DNA of 64,000 nucleotides from an uncultured Bacilli bacterium (GCA_944359625.1 CALVSW010000006.1:5070-69069); one strand, 5' to 3'. Shown: positions 37,359-48,814, numbered from the stretch's first letter. Translations and numbers: made by a program. The notes: generated by a model not told the origin, from the sequence alone.

Positions 37359-39022
37359 TTTTCCTCCTCAAATATTGAACCACCAATAAACTCTCTTAAA
37401 ACAGAATTGTTAGATACATATTCACTTGTTATTGGAAAGTAACTATTTAAAAACTTTATTAACCTACGTGCTTCTTCATAATATGGCGAATCATTAGGTA
37501 CTGAATATAGTATTGGCTCAGCAAACACTTTTAATACCCCTAATTCATAAACTAAAGCTGTATTAAAAATTATATCTGCCCGATCTAAATATGGGAAAAT
37601 ATATTTTTCTTCACCATTACGAACACTTTGCCAATAATCTATAGTCTTAGAAACATCATATCCTCTAGTACGATTATCTCTAATCATTCTTCTAATTAAT
37701 CTTAAATCTGTAGTAGAAATATAATTATGACGATCTATATTAACTGGCATAAAAGGACTTAAATAGATTAAATACTTATCTTCCTTAGGTATATCAAAAG
37801 TTAATTTATCATTTAAGCAATGTAAACCTTCCATTAAAATTATTGTTCCTTTAATTAATTTGGTAGGTGTTTTATGATATTCTCTTTTACCAGCTTTAAA
37901 ATTATATATAGGTAATATAACTTCTTCACCATTTGCTAATGCTTTTAAATCCGCATTTAGTTTTGAAGTATCAATTGCTTCCAAACATTCAAAGTTATAT
38001 GATCCATCAGGATTGCGTGGCGAATCTTCACGATTTTTAAAGTAATCATCAACAGAAATAGTTAATGTTTTAATTCCTAAAGACTCTAAAGTAAGAGCTA
38101 ATTTTTTAGTAGTCGTTGTTTTTCCACTACTAGATGGACCAGAAAGCATAACATATTTTGAATGTTTAGCAATTATCTTTTTAGCAATATCATATAACTT
38201 ATTATCATAATTTGTTTCAGAAAGTCTTATTAAATCTGTTATATTACCATTCATTACCTTTTCATTTATTTGATAAACAAAAGGAACACCTAGATTTACT
38301 AACCAAGCTTTTTCTTGTCTAAAAACATCGATAACTTTTTCATAATGAACATATGGGGGAACACTATCAGCTTTTTCTAATGTTGGAAATAATAAAACTA
38401 ATTCATTATTATCTAAATTAACTAAATCATATTTATTTAAAATCTTAGTTCGTGGTGGCATTTCGATATAAAAATAATTAATTTTATTTTCTAATTTATA
38501 TAACGTAACAAACTCATTAATTTCATTATGAATATTATAAGCTTTTTCTAAATTATTAGTCTTTTCATAATAAGAATAAGCTTCTTTTTTTAAAACGATC
38601 ATTTTTTGAATTTCAACATTACTATTAATTATTCTATCCATTTCTTTTTTAATAGTAACTACATCTTCATCAGTTATTACTTTATCACTTATAACCCTAA
38701 CATGGATACCACGCATAATAGAATGATTAAAAGTGATTTCAATATTATCACCAAAAACTTTATTTAAAGAAACTTCTAAGACAAATTTTAATCCTGCTTG
38801 ATATATTTTATAACCATCAATTGTATTAGTATCAAAAAAGTCTAAATAAGTATCTTTTTTTAGTTTAGTAAACATATCTACTATTTCGCCATCAACTTTT
38901 ACCCCAATTATAGTACGATTTGTTTTCTCACTAATTAAATCATAAACATCTAAGATACGTGAATTAACTGGTACTTCTAGGACCTCATTATTAAAATAAG
39001 TAACTTTAATTTTATCTTTCAT
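37355..39022 (-). CDS. TGS/ThrRS-N-like domain fused to a uridine-kinase-family P-loop nucleoside kinase
   Basis: N-terminal TGS-like beta-grasp (KIKVTYFNNEVLEVPVNSRILDV). P-loop LSGPSSSGKTTTTKKLA followed by IISVDDYF. This long uridine-kinase-like architecture is common in Firmicutes. Confidence 0.6.
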   Translation of the reverse strand: MKDKIKVTYFNNEVLEVPVNSRILDVYDLISEKTNRTIIGVKVDGEIVDMFTKLKKDTYLDFFDTNTIDGYKIYQAGLKFVLEVSLNKVFGDNIEITFNHSIMRGIHVRVISDKVITDEDVVTIKKEMDRIINSNVEIQKMIVLKKEAYSYYEKTNNLEKAYNIHNEINEFVTLYKLENKINYFYIEMPPRTKILNKYDLVNLDNNELVLLFPTLEKADSVPPYVHYEKVIDVFRQEKAWLVNLGVPFVYQINEKVMNGNITDLIRLSETNYDNKLYDIAKKIIAKHSKYVMLSGPSSSGKTTTTKKLALTLESLGIKTLTISVDDYFKNREDSPRNPDGSYNFECLEAIDTSKLNADLKALANGEEVILPIYNFKAGKREYHKTPTKLIKGTIILMEGLHCLNDKLTFDIPKEDKYLIYLSPFMPVNIDRHNYISTTDLRLIRRMIRDNRTRGYDVSKTIDYWQSVRNGEEKYIFPYLDRADIIFNTALVYELGVLKVFAEPILYSVPNDSPYYEEARRLIKFLNSYFPITSEYVSNNSVLREFIGGSIFEEEK

Positions 39023-39130
39023 ATAATCCCCTTTACTATCTTTTTAATTATAACATGACTCATAAATATTGTCATATTTTTTTATGTATATTAATCATAG
39101 TTTATGACTAATATAATATTAGGTGATGCA

Positions 39131-39700
39131 ATGAATATTATTCCAACAGTTATTGAAAAAAATTCTAATAAAGATTATGCATATGATTTATATTCACGTC
39201 TTTTAAAAGATCGCATTATTTTTATAAATGGGGAAATTAATAATGAAAGTGCTAATATTATTATAAGTGAACTATTATATTTAGATTCACTAAATAATGA
39301 AGAAATAAATATATATATAAATAGTCCTGGCGGAGAAGTAACCTCAGGTTTAGCCATTTATGATACGATGAATTATATTAAAAGTGATATTCGTACAATC
39401 ACTATCGGAATGGCTGCTTCGATGGCCGCAATAATAGCAAGTAGTGGTACTAAAGGTAAAAGATGTATTTTAAAAAATGGTGAATTTATGATTCACCAAC
39501 CACTAGGAGGAGTAAAAGGCCAAGCAACTGATATCGATATTGCAGCTAAAAGAATCTTAAAAATTAAAGATAAATTAAATAAAATATTAGCTAAAAATAC
39601 GGGAGTTAATTTAAGGAAAATAGAAAAAGATACAGAGAGAGATAATTATTTAGATAGTAATGAAGCAAAAGAGTATGGACTTGTAGATATTATTCTTTAA
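39131..39700 (+). CDS. clpP: ATP-dependent Clp protease proteolytic subunit
   Basis: IIPTVIE...YDLYSRLLKDRIIF...INSPGG...GMAASMAA...MIHQPLGG. I set the start at ATG 39131, behind AGGTGA. Confidence 0.95.
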   Translation: MNIIPTVIEKNSNKDYAYDLYSRLLKDRIIFINGEINNESANIIISELLYLDSLNNEEINIYINSPGGEVTSGLAIYDTMNYIKSDIRTITIGMAASMAAIIASSGTKGKRCILKNGEFMIHQPLGGVKGQATDIDIAAKRILKIKDKLNKILAKNTGVNLRKIEKDTERDNYLDSNEAKEYGLVDIIL

Positions 39701-40622
39701 TTTTATTACGATGAGTTTCGGCTAATTTTTTTATTTTACGAAAATAATGATTTATACCTGATTTACTAATTGAATGATTTGTTTCTTGACTAATTATATC
39801 AGCTAATTCTTGATAAGAAGTTTCTGGATATTTAAGACGATATTCAATAACTTCTTTTATTTTTTCATCAAGTAAAGTAATTAAATCGTTATCCTGTAAA
39901 TACTTAATATCTTCTAATTGTTTTAAACCCGTAGCAATTGTTTTTTCTTGATTAGCAATCTCACAATTATTTAAACGATTTACCATATTTTTATGATCTC
40001 GATAAATACGAATATCTTCAAAATAAAACATTGAATTAATAGCATTAAATCTTTTAAGTAAATCACTTATCATTTCAGATGATTTAACATAAACCATATA
40101 ACTATGGGATCTTTTTAATAAACGGGAAACAATATTAAAATTTTTTAATAATTTAATAATATATAAAGCATCTTTTTTAGTACTAATATTAAATTCTAAA
40201 TGATAACCACTAGTACTAGGATTACTAATACTTCCATTAGCTAAAAATAAACCACGTAAAAAAGCTGTTTTTTCTTCATCATTTGCTAACAGATATTCTT
40301 CAATATCTGTTTTTTTATTATTTTTATATATTCCTAAAGTTTCTAAAATTGTAGATATTTTATCAGTTAAAGTTAAAATATAAATTTGTTTAATACGAAA
40401 TCTTTTTTGAATTCTAACAATAATTTTTGGTTTAACATTAAAACACATTTTTATAAATTTATAAATACGTCTAGCAATAGAAGCATTTTCAATTACTAAA
40501 GTTATTTCATCTTTTTTTATAGTAGCATCAAATCTAATAAAAGCTGATAGTTCTGTAAGGGCAGATACTAAATCAGCTTCTGTTTTGGATATTTCTTCTT
40601 TTACTTGAGTTGAAAAAGTCAT
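39690..40622 (-). CDS. whiA: DNA-binding protein WhiA
   Basis: MTFSTQVKEEI...FLRGLFLANGSISNPSTSGYHLEF, with the C-terminal HTH SYQELADIISQ...SKSGINHYFRKIKKLA. Confidence 0.9.
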   Translation of the reverse strand: MTFSTQVKEEISKTEADLVSALTELSAFIRFDATIKKDEITLVIENASIARRIYKFIKMCFNVKPKIIVRIQKRFRIKQIYILTLTDKISTILETLGIYKNNKKTDIEEYLLANDEEKTAFLRGLFLANGSISNPSTSGYHLEFNISTKKDALYIIKLLKNFNIVSRLLKRSHSYMVYVKSSEMISDLLKRFNAINSMFYFEDIRIYRDHKNMVNRLNNCEIANQEKTIATGLKQLEDIKYLQDNDLITLLDEKIKEVIEYRLKYPETSYQELADIISQETNHSISKSGINHYFRKIKKLAETHRNKIKE

Positions 40623-40677
40623 AAAATCACCTGAAGATAATTTACCATAAAATATATTAAATTTAAAGTTTTACTAT

Positions 40678-40998
40678 TTATTTAATACTATCAATTTCTT
40701 TAAGTTTATTATCTATCTCTTTTACTAACTTTTCTATAGTATTATTTTCTTTAGTACCTATTTTACTTTTTTTATTAACAAATTCTTTTACATCAAAAGT
40801 ATTAATTTGATTAGTTTGAAGCGTAGGATATTCAATTTCACAAGTAGGTATATCAATATTATTATTTAAATTTTTAATTATAGTTTCCTGATTATTAATA
40901 TTAAATTTTATTTCTTCAATAGTTGTATAAATTTCATCACTTAATTTTAAAATATATTTATTATAATTACTAAAAAAAACTTTATAAATAAAGTTAAT
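40678..40998 (-). pseudogene. 106-codon stop-free frame lacking any ATG/GTG/TTG (gene remnant or non-canonical start)
   Basis: My translation is INFIYKVFFSNYNKYILKLSDEIYTTIEEIKFNINNQETIIKNLNNNIDIPTCEIEYPTLQTNQINTFDVKEFVNKKSKIGTKENNTIEKLVKEIDNKLKEIDSIK*. The frame opens right at the tspO stop. Confidence 0.25.
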
Positions 40999-41476
40999 TT
41001 AAAAGATAGATAGAAAAATTTAATATAGATGCAAATATTAGCCATAATATATATGGTATTTGTAAATAACCTGCTAATGGTTTTATTTTATAAAATTTAA
41101 TAATCATAATAGCAACTAATATTATTAATAATAATATCCAAAAGAAAGATAATAAATATAATTTAAATCTAAAAAATAATGGTGTCCATAAAACATTTAC
41201 TAATAATTGAGCTAAATATATAAAACAAGCTCTTTTTTTAAATTTTTTATCAGTTTTATTTTCACATACTAAGTAAGTAGATATTCCCATTAAAATATAT
41301 AAAGCAGTCCAAGCAATTGGAAATACGATTGCTGGTGGTGAAAACCAAGGCTTATTAATCGTTGCAAAATCATTCATTTTACCACCAAGTAAAGCACCAA
41401 TACCACCAGCTACTAAAGCAAAAGCAATATTAAGAACTAAAGATTTAATATCAGTTTTTTTATCTTGAGCATCCAT
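40994..41476 (-). CDS. tspO: TspO/MBR family tryptophan-rich sensory protein
   Basis: Five TM helices with KPWFSPPAIVFPIAWTALYILMGIS and WTPLFF. Confidence 0.85.
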   Translation of the reverse strand: MDAQDKKTDIKSLVLNIAFALVAGGIGALLGGKMNDFATINKPWFSPPAIVFPIAWTALYILMGISTYLVCENKTDKKFKKRACFIYLAQLLVNVLWTPLFFRFKLYLLSFFWILLLIILVAIMIIKFYKIKPLAGYLQIPYILWLIFASILNFSIYLLN

Positions 41477-41522
41477 CTTATCACATCCTATTACTAGGAT
41501 ATGTTAATCTTCATTTTTTATA

Positions 41523-42281
41523 CTATCTCGTTTTACGATATTGAATTTCATAAATAAAACGCATACTAAGTTTCCAAGGGATGAAACGATTTATAAATAT
41601 GCCCATTTTAGTCATTATTCCCGGAATAATAATTAATTTATTTTTTAAAGCCTTATCAATAGCATATCTAGCTACTTTACTAGCTTCTAAAGAACCTATA
41701 CTAAATTTACCACCAGCAACTTTATTAAATTCAGTTTTTACTGGACCAGGACATAAAACAGATATATGAACATTATTTTTAGCACGACGTAATTCTTCAT
41801 AAATAGCCATTGTAAATTTAAGACAATAATTTTTAGTTGCATAATAAGCATTTAACCTTGGTCCTGCTAAAAAACCAGCTGAAGATGCTACATTTAGGAT
41901 ACGTCCTTTATCCTTTTTATAAAAATCATTAAGAAATAACTTAGTAAGTATATGACATGCTTTTATATTTAAATCAATCATTTCTAATTCACGATTTAAA
42001 TCAGTTTCAAAAGTATTACCAAATAAACCAAAACCAGCATTATTAATTAGAAAATCAATATCATCTTTTTTTACCATATCATATAATTTAAAACAATTTT
42101 TTTCTATTTGTAAATCTAAAGGTATTATTTTTACTTTGGTTTTTAATTTATTTTTTAATTTTTCTAACCTTTCTTCTCTTCTAGCAACAAGGATTAAATC
42201 CCATCCTAAACTAGATAAGTACTTAGCCATTTCTAACCCGATACCACTAGATGCTCCAGTAATTAATGCTTTCATATTCAC
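41523..42281 (-). CDS. short-chain dehydrogenase/reductase (SDR)
   Basis: ALITGASSGIGLE, NNAG and YYATKNY motifs. Confidence 0.85.
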   Translation of the reverse strand: MNMKALITGASSGIGLEMAKYLSSLGWDLILVARREERLEKLKNKLKTKVKIIPLDLQIEKNCFKLYDMVKKDDIDFLINNAGFGLFGNTFETDLNRELEMIDLNIKACHILTKLFLNDFYKKDKGRILNVASSAGFLAGPRLNAYYATKNYCLKFTMAIYEELRRAKNNVHISVLCPGPVKTEFNKVAGGKFSIGSLEASKVARYAIDKALKNKLIIIPGIMTKMGIFINRFIPWKLSMRFIYEIQYRKTR

Positions 42282-42342
42282 CTCTTTATTTTATTATACA
42301 TGATTATTAGTAAATAATACTAAAAAAAGTATCAAATTGATA

Positions 42343-43965
42343 CTAATTATTATTTAAAAATTCTGCAAGTAATGGATACATTTGTTTTTTACGAGATACC
42401 ATATTTGGTATATAAGTACCTTCTTCAATTTCTGGCATATTATAACTTGCTTTTACTATTTCATCGACACCTGTACTATAAATAATGTAAGAGCCATTTT
42501 TAACAACATCAGTGACAAATAATAATGCTAATCGATAATTATTTTTCTTACATAATTCATCTAAATACGCAATGTATGAAGATAGGTTTGCTTTTATTTC
42601 TGCAAAATCCATAGTCATTACTTGACCGATACCAATATTATCATTATCAAGTTTAAATGATTTAAAATCTTGTTCTACTATTTCATCAATAGCCATTCCT
42701 TGTATTGAAGAACCAGCTTTTAACATAGCCATACCATATTCTTCAATGTCAACATCGGCAATAGAAGCAAGTTTTAAAGAAGTTTCTACATCTATTGGGG
42801 TAGTAGTTGGACTCTTTAAAAGTAAAGTATCAGAAAGAATAGCACTTAACATTAAACCGGCGATGTTTTTAGGTATTTCAATATTATTTTCTTTAAATAT
42901 TTGATAAATAACCGTGCAAGTACAACCTACTGGCATAGAACGAAATGATATAGGAACAGTAGTTCCAATCGTACCTAAATTATGATGATCTATTATTTCT
43001 AAAACATTAGCTTCTTCTAGCCCATCAACACTTTGAACTAGTTGATTATGATCTACTAATATTACATCTCTTTTACTATAATTATTTTGGTCAATTAAAC
43101 GTAACATGCCGACACAATTATTATCATTATCTACAATTGGATAGTTAGTATGACCATATTTATTAGCACAATTAATAAAATCATCACGATAATCAGAATT
43201 TGTAAACTTAATTGGATTGGTATTAATATTAATTGTATCTATATAATTACATAATTTCATTTTATTAACAGTTAAGAATGTAGATAAAGGAGTTAAAATA
43301 ACACTAACCTTATTCTTTTTGGCTTTCTCTAATAATTCTTCTGGAAAATCTTTATCTCCGACAATTATCAAAAGCTTAACACCACTATCAATAGCATAAT
43401 CAATTATATATTGACGATCAGCTACAATTAAAATATCATTACTTGTTAATTTAACTCTTTCTATAAAAGTTTTACTTTTATAGGCAGCTGCAATAATTTT
43501 TCCAGATATTTCATCATTAAAACGTAAAATCTCTTTACCATCTAATACTCTTAAAATATTATCATAAGAAGTATTTAAATCGTAAAGTTCACCTTTAATT
43601 ATAGATTTAGCTATTTCTTTAACATTTATATAACCAATAAGCTTTTTATCTTTATCTACTAATGGTAACCCAGTTACTGATAATTCTTGTAACTTATTAA
43701 AAGTTTCTTCAATAGATGCTTTACTAGTAATATAAGTATCTTTTAAATACTCCATATCTTTTATTTGAACCTTTACATCATTTAAATATTTAGGTTCTTC
43801 TACATTAAAATAATTTAAAGCATATTTAGTTTCTTTATTAATAGGGCCTAAAACTCTTGGTTCTGCCTTTAACCCTAACTTATTTTTTAAATAAGCATAA
43901 CTAATTGCGGCACATACGGAATCAGTATCCGGTTTCTTGTGACCAAAAACATATGTTGTTTTCAT
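42343..43965 (-). CDS. ppaC: CBS-domain-containing family II (DHH) inorganic pyrophosphatase
   Basis: The N-terminus GHKKPDTDSVCAAISYAY is DHH motif I. A CBS/DRTGG-like insert of about 250 aa follows, then VDHHNLG, LSDTLLLKSPTTT and a DHHA2 tail. Confidence 0.75.
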   Translation of the reverse strand: MKTTYVFGHKKPDTDSVCAAISYAYLKNKLGLKAEPRVLGPINKETKYALNYFNVEEPKYLNDVKVQIKDMEYLKDTYITSKASIEETFNKLQELSVTGLPLVDKDKKLIGYINVKEIAKSIIKGELYDLNTSYDNILRVLDGKEILRFNDEISGKIIAAAYKSKTFIERVKLTSNDILIVADRQYIIDYAIDSGVKLLIIVGDKDFPEELLEKAKKNKVSVILTPLSTFLTVNKMKLCNYIDTININTNPIKFTNSDYRDDFINCANKYGHTNYPIVDNDNNCVGMLRLIDQNNYSKRDVILVDHNQLVQSVDGLEEANVLEIIDHHNLGTIGTTVPISFRSMPVGCTCTVIYQIFKENNIEIPKNIAGLMLSAILSDTLLLKSPTTTPIDVETSLKLASIADVDIEEYGMAMLKAGSSIQGMAIDEIVEQDFKSFKLDNDNIGIGQVMTMDFAEIKANLSSYIAYLDELCKKNNYRLALLFVTDVVKNGSYIIYSTGVDEIVKASYNMPEIEEGTYIPNMVSRKKQMYPLLAEFLNNN

Positions 43966-44071
43966 ATACTACACACCCTTCAAGTTATTCAATTATAGCA
44001 TAAATATTAATAATTGACACATTTTTTTACAATATTAAAATAATAATAAATACGTGTTATAATTATATTAG

Positions 44072-45040
44072 GTGGTATTTTTGAAAAAGAAAAAGAGAAA
44101 ACTTAAGAAGAAAGTAAAGTTTTTAATTAAATTATTATTAGTTATAATTATTATTTTAATTGGAATATTATACTTATTAAAAAGAGTTAATGATCAAAAA
44201 AAATATGAAGAAACTTATGAATATAAATTAACTATGAAAGGTTATAGTACAGATGATGTAAATAGTATTTTAAATAAATTAGAAGATAATGAAATAAATG
44301 ATTTATTAAATATTGAATATAATGATTTAATTCCTAAATTAATAAAAGAAAAATACTTTTTATTTAAAAATTTAAATAGATATATTACTTATTATGAGAA
44401 AAATAAAAAAGATTTAAATGAAGTTATTAGTTTAGTTAACGTAAATAGAGATTGCGAATATTATGAAAATACTAAACCAGCTGATTTAACCAATACAGAT
44501 ACAATGTTAGTTAATAAATATTATTATTTAGAAAAAGATTATGTTGATAGTGAGTTAACTAATATTAGTTTATCTTATGCCTATGCTGGAAATGCAGCTG
44601 CTAAAAGAGTAATTGATGCTTTCTTAACTATGTATAATGATGCTTTAAAAGATAATATTCAGTTAATTATTAATTCTTCATATCGTAGTTATGAAGATCA
44701 AGATGAAGTATGGTCCAATAGAAGAGCTACATATGGTACTAAAAATGCTGATAACTATGCTGCTAGAGCAGGATATTCCGAACATCAGACCGGTTTAGCA
44801 CTTGATATAGGTCAATATAATTATGATGGTGATGATGATAATTTACCAGCATATGAATGGCTAGCTAATAATTCTTATAAATATGGCTTTATATTAAGAT
44901 ATCCAGAGGGTAAAGAAAATATTACTGGGTATTCTTATGAACCTTGGCATTTTAGATATTTAGGTATTGATTTAGCAACTAAAGTATATAAAGAAGGTAT
45001 AACTTTTGATGAATATTATGCCTATTACATAGAGAAATAA
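44072..45040 (+). CDS. membrane-anchored VanY-type D-alanyl-D-alanine carboxypeptidase (M15B)
   Basis: SYRSYEDQ, SEHQTGLALDI and EPWHFRYLG zinc-ligand motifs, with an N-terminal TM helix. The start may instead be TTG 44081, behind AGGTGG. Confidence 0.85.
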   Translation: MVFLKKKKRKLKKKVKFLIKLLLVIIIILIGILYLLKRVNDQKKYEETYEYKLTMKGYSTDDVNSILNKLEDNEINDLLNIEYNDLIPKLIKEKYFLFKNLNRYITYYEKNKKDLNEVISLVNVNRDCEYYENTKPADLTNTDTMLVNKYYYLEKDYVDSELTNISLSYAYAGNAAAKRVIDAFLTMYNDALKDNIQLIINSSYRSYEDQDEVWSNRRATYGTKNADNYAARAGYSEHQTGLALDIGQYNYDGDDDNLPAYEWLANNSYKYGFILRYPEGKENITGYSYEPWHFRYLGIDLATKVYKEGITFDEYYAYYIEK

Positions 45041-45086
45041 TATTTATTTATAAATTATATTTATATAAAAAGTACTTAAGTACTTT

Positions 45087-46391
45087 TTATTTTACACTTA
45101 ATGAGTAAGAATAGCTAACATATGAGTAATTTGTATTGTGGATAACTTGTAATTTATCCACAAGTTCTTGTTCATAATTATTTAATAACTTATACCAGGA
45201 ATATATATTAATATTATAACCAGCTAAATTAGCAATAGTTTCAAGATCTTTTCTAGTAAAATAATTAGTCTTAGAATGATTAAAATACCAATTATCACTA
45301 ATTAAATTATAAATATGATTAATATTATTAATATTTTCTATTTCACCAATTATCTTACCATTATTAGATAAATAAGACTTTAAACTTTTTAAATATTGAA
45401 TTGGATATTTTTCTAATTCTAACTCATTTCCTATTAATATGTAATCGAATTTTCTTTTAATTTTCTTTAAAGAAGAATAAACTTTTAAAAATTTTTTAGC
45501 AATTTTTCTTTTATTTTTATCATATTCAATACCATACACCTTAGCATTATATAAATATTTTAGTCTTAAGGCAGAAACACCAATGTTACAATTTATTATT
45601 AAAATAGAAGAATTGTTAGTAATAAATGGATATGAATAATTATCTAAAATATCAAAATTATCCGTTTTAAAAGACCATTTTTGAAAAAAATACTCTCGAT
45701 TTCTATTTAAAATTTTATAAAAACTATCTAAATCTTTGCGAAATTCCGTACCTAAGTAATGATGAATAAAAGAATCATGACATAGATATTGTTTGTAACC
45801 AGATTTAGCTATTCTTATTGAATAATCATTATCATCTACGTAACCTGGAGAGTAATTTACGTCTAAATAACCAACTTTGTTAAAACATTCTCTTTTTATT
45901 AAAAGGCAATAACCTATTAGAAATACTTTTTCTTCCCATTTTGAATTATTAGATATATTGTTTTTAATAGCTAATTTTTGCATAACTTTAAAATTAGTAT
46001 AAGTAAAGTTTACACCTTGTTGATTTTCTTGATGATTAGATACACTTCCTACTGCCCCTATTTTTTTATTACTATATAAACATTTTTTTAAATTAGATAA
46101 CCAATTATTAGTAACAATTGTATCATTATTTAAAAGTAAAATATCGTTATTTTTATTAGCTATTTTTATACCTTGATTACAAGCATAAGGATAACCATAA
46201 TTTTGATTATTAAGTATTAGACGTAAATTTTTTTGTTTCTTAAGCCAATCATAAATTCCATCTTGAGAATTATTATCAACAACAATTATTTCATAAGTAT
46301 TTACTTCTGTATATTTTTTTATACTTTGTAAACATTTCTTAGTAAATTCTAAATTATTATAAGTGACTACTATTATAGAAGTATTATTCAT
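45087..46391 (-). CDS. family 2 glycosyltransferase fused to a methyltransferase-like C-terminal domain
   Basis: The N-terminus IIVVTYNNLEFTKKCLQSI...IIVVDNNSQDG...LLNNDT is GT2. The C-terminal roughly 170 aa (ILIINCNIGVSALRL...VYGIEYD) resemble a Rossmann SAM-binding fold. Confidence 0.65.
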   Translation of the reverse strand: MNNTSIIVVTYNNLEFTKKCLQSIKKYTEVNTYEIIVVDNNSQDGIYDWLKKQKNLRLILNNQNYGYPYACNQGIKIANKNNDILLLNNDTIVTNNWLSNLKKCLYSNKKIGAVGSVSNHQENQQGVNFTYTNFKVMQKLAIKNNISNNSKWEEKVFLIGYCLLIKRECFNKVGYLDVNYSPGYVDDNDYSIRIAKSGYKQYLCHDSFIHHYLGTEFRKDLDSFYKILNRNREYFFQKWSFKTDNFDILDNYSYPFITNNSSILIINCNIGVSALRLKYLYNAKVYGIEYDKNKRKIAKKFLKVYSSLKKIKRKFDYILIGNELELEKYPIQYLKSLKSYLSNNGKIIGEIENINNINHIYNLISDNWYFNHSKTNYFTRKDLETIANLAGYNINIYSWYKLLNNYEQELVDKLQVIHNTNYSYVSYSYSLSVK

Positions 46392-46438
46392 TAAATCACC
46401 TAATAAATTATATGAAAAAAAGAATTCGAAATTGAATT

Positions 46439-48394
46439 CTAATTACTTTTTAATTCAAATAAAATATCTCTTAATTCCATGGCACGTTCAAAATCTAAAT
46501 TTTTAGCCGCTTCATTCATTTGTGTTTCTATATTTAATAGCATTAATTCTTTTTCTTTCTTAGTCATTTTATTTTTCTTTTTAGAAGTTTTAGAATCATT
46601 AACTTCGTTAGTTATAACATCACGTATTTCTTTAATAATAGTTCTCGGTACAATATTATTTTTAATATTATATTCATTTTGAATTTCACGTCTTCTTTTA
46701 GTTTCTTTAATAGTTTCTTCCATTGCTTCACTAATAGTATCAGCATACATGATAACATGACCATTAGCATTTCTAGCACATCTACCAACTGTTTGAATTA
46801 AACTTCTAGTACTTCTTAAGAAACCTTGTTTATTAGCATCCATTATACATATTAAACTTACTTCAGGAATATCTATTCCTTCTCTTAATAAGTTAATACC
46901 AACTACTACATCATAAATTCCACATCTTAAATCATGAATAATTTTAAGTCTTTCTAAAGTCTTTATTTCACTATGTAAATAGGCTACTTTTATGCCAACT
47001 TCTTTTAAATAATTAGTTAATTCCTCAGCCATTCTTATTGTTAAAGTAGTAATTAAGACTCGCTCATTCTTTTCTTTACGTAAATTTATTTCTGCTATTA
47101 TATCATCAATTTGTCCTTCAGTTTTACGAACTTCAATAGTTGGATCAAGAAGTCCAGTAGGTCTAATAATTTGTTCAACATATTGATTATGGGTATGTTC
47201 AAGTTCTAAATCACCAGGTGTTGCTGATATATAAATTACTTGATTTATTTTAGATTCAAATTCGTCATATTTAAGTGGTCTATTATCTAAGGCACTAGGT
47301 AAACGAAAACCATAATCAACTAATGTTTGTTTACGCATCCTATCACCATTATACATTCCTCTTACTTGAGGTAAAGTAACATGGGATTCATCAACAACTA
47401 ATAAGTAATCATCGGGAAAGAAATCCATTAAAGTAGATGGGGTTTCCCCTGGTCCACGTAAAGCTAGATGACGAGAATAATTTTCAACACCACTGCAAAA
47501 ACCAGTTTCTCTTAACATTTCAATATCGTAGTTAACTCTTTCACGTAAACGTTGTTCTTCAATAAACTTATTATTATCATGAAAATATTTTAATCTTTCT
47601 TCTAGTTCTTCTTTAATACGACGAATAGCTTCCTCTAATTTGGCTGGAGAAGTAACAAAATGACTAGCTGGAAAAATAGAAATATTCTTTACATGTTTTT
47701 CAACAATACCAGATAAAGGTTCAAATAATGTCAATGAATCTACTTCATCACCAAAAAGTTCTATACGTATTCCATGCGATTTTTCAGAAGCCGGAATAAC
47801 ATCGATTACATCGCCACGAACTCTAAATGTTCCACGATGAAAATCTAAGTCATTTCTTTCATAAGTCATATCATACAAATGATTTATAATAGTACTACGA
47901 TCAATTTTTTGACCAACACTTAAAATTAACATAGAATTGACATAATCCTCTTTATCGCCAATACCATATATACAAGAAACAGATGCTACAACAATAACAT
48001 CACGATTGTTAATTAAACTAGAAGTTGCCCCATGTCTTAGTTCATCTATCTCATCATTTATACTACTATCTTTTTCAATATAAGTATCACTACTAGGAAC
48101 ATATGCTTCTGGTTGATAATAATCATAATATGAAACAAAGTATTCAACATGATTATTAGGAAATAATTCTTTAAATTCAGAATATAATTGTCCTGCTAAG
48201 GTTTTATTATGCGCTAATACTAAAGTTGGTTTATTTACTTCTTTTATAACATTAGCAATTGTAAAAGTTTTACCGGTACCAGTAGCTCCTAATAAAACTT
48301 GTTCCTTTTTTCCTTCTTCTATCCCTTTTACTAATTTTTCAATTGCCTGAGGCTGATCGCCACTAGGCTTAAATTTTGCTACTAATTCAAACAT
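46439..48394 (-). CDS. uvrB: excinuclease ABC subunit B
   Basis: [10 protein letters not shown]...[11 protein letters not shown]...DESHVT...the C-terminal UVR domain [15 protein letters not shown]. Confidence 0.95.
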   Translation of the reverse strand: MFELVAKFKPSGDQPQAIEKLVKGIEEGKKEQVLLGATGTGKTFTIANVIKEVNKPTLVLAHNKTLAGQLYSEFKELFPNNHVEYFVSYYDYYQPEAYVPSSDTYIEKDSSINDEIDELRHGATSSLINNRDVIVVASVSCIYGIGDKEDYVNSMLILSVGQKIDRSTIINHLYDMTYERNDLDFHRGTFRVRGDVIDVIPASEKSHGIRIELFGDEVDSLTLFEPLSGIVEKHVKNISIFPASHFVTSPAKLEEAIRRIKEELEERLKYFHDNNKFIEEQRLRERVNYDIEMLRETGFCSGVENYSRHLALRGPGETPSTLMDFFPDDYLLVVDESHVTLPQVRGMYNGDRMRKQTLVDYGFRLPSALDNRPLKYDEFESKINQVIYISATPGDLELEHTHNQYVEQIIRPTGLLDPTIEVRKTEGQIDDIIAEINLRKEKNERVLITTLTIRMAEELTNYLKEVGIKVAYLHSEIKTLERLKIIHDLRCGIYDVVVGINLLREGIDIPEVSLICIMDANKQGFLRSTRSLIQTVGRCARNANGHVIMYADTISEAMEETIKETKRRREIQNEYNIKNNIVPRTIIKEIRDVITNEVNDSKTSKKKNKMTKKEKELMLLNIETQMNEAAKNLDFERAMELRDILFELKSN

Positions 48395-48526
48395 AAGATC
48401 ACTTTCCTTTAATAGTATACCAACTTCTTATTTATAAAATACTAATTAATTTTATAAATAATTATTATCTTTTTTTATAAATTATAATTATAATATTTTT
48501 TTCCTAAAGCAGAAATAAATTTTGTA

Positions 48527-48558
48527 GAAAAAACAAATAAGTATAATACTTATTTGTT
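48527..48558 (-). terminator. intrinsic terminator after 48557-48814
   Basis: Minus strand: aacaaataagtat-tat-acttatttgtt followed by tttt. It overlaps the stop codon. Confidence 0.65.
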
Positions 48559-48814
48559 AAGCTAATGCATTACGACGATATTTTTGAATTAATCGAGCTG
48601 TAATATTTTTAACTAAGTTTTTATCAGTAATTTCTTTAGTAGATACTTCATTATTAATTAATGTAACTTCACAAACTAGTAAATTATCCGTATCTATATT
48701 ATCATTTTCCATATTACAAGAAGCTCCTAAAACATAATAACCGCTATTTGATTGAATGCTTTCTAATATGTAATATGCATTACCATTATTTAATTTAATC
48801 ATTTTATCTTTCAT
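48557..48814 (-). CDS. small protein, paralog family member B (85 aa)
   Basis: MIKLNNGNAYYILESIQSNSGYYVLG...VCEV...EITDKNLVKNITARL matches the pattern of 16321-16566 and 51152-51409. It lies 8 nt downstream of the 48823 gene. Confidence 0.6.
   Translation of the reverse strand: MKDKMIKLNNGNAYYILESIQSNSGYYVLGASCNMENDNIDTDNLLVCEVTLINNEVSTKEITDKNLVKNITARLIQKYRRNALA

Noticed and set aside
48395-48480. I looked for a LexA/Cheo box (GAAC-N4-GTTC) upstream of uvrB, a T-box leader upstream of cysS (53519-53671), and a CtsR box (GGTCAAA repeats) upstream of the ClpC-like gene (56063-56160).
   Set aside because: None of the motifs is present by eye. The cysS upstream region is too short (about 150 nt, shared with a divergent gene) for a T-box.
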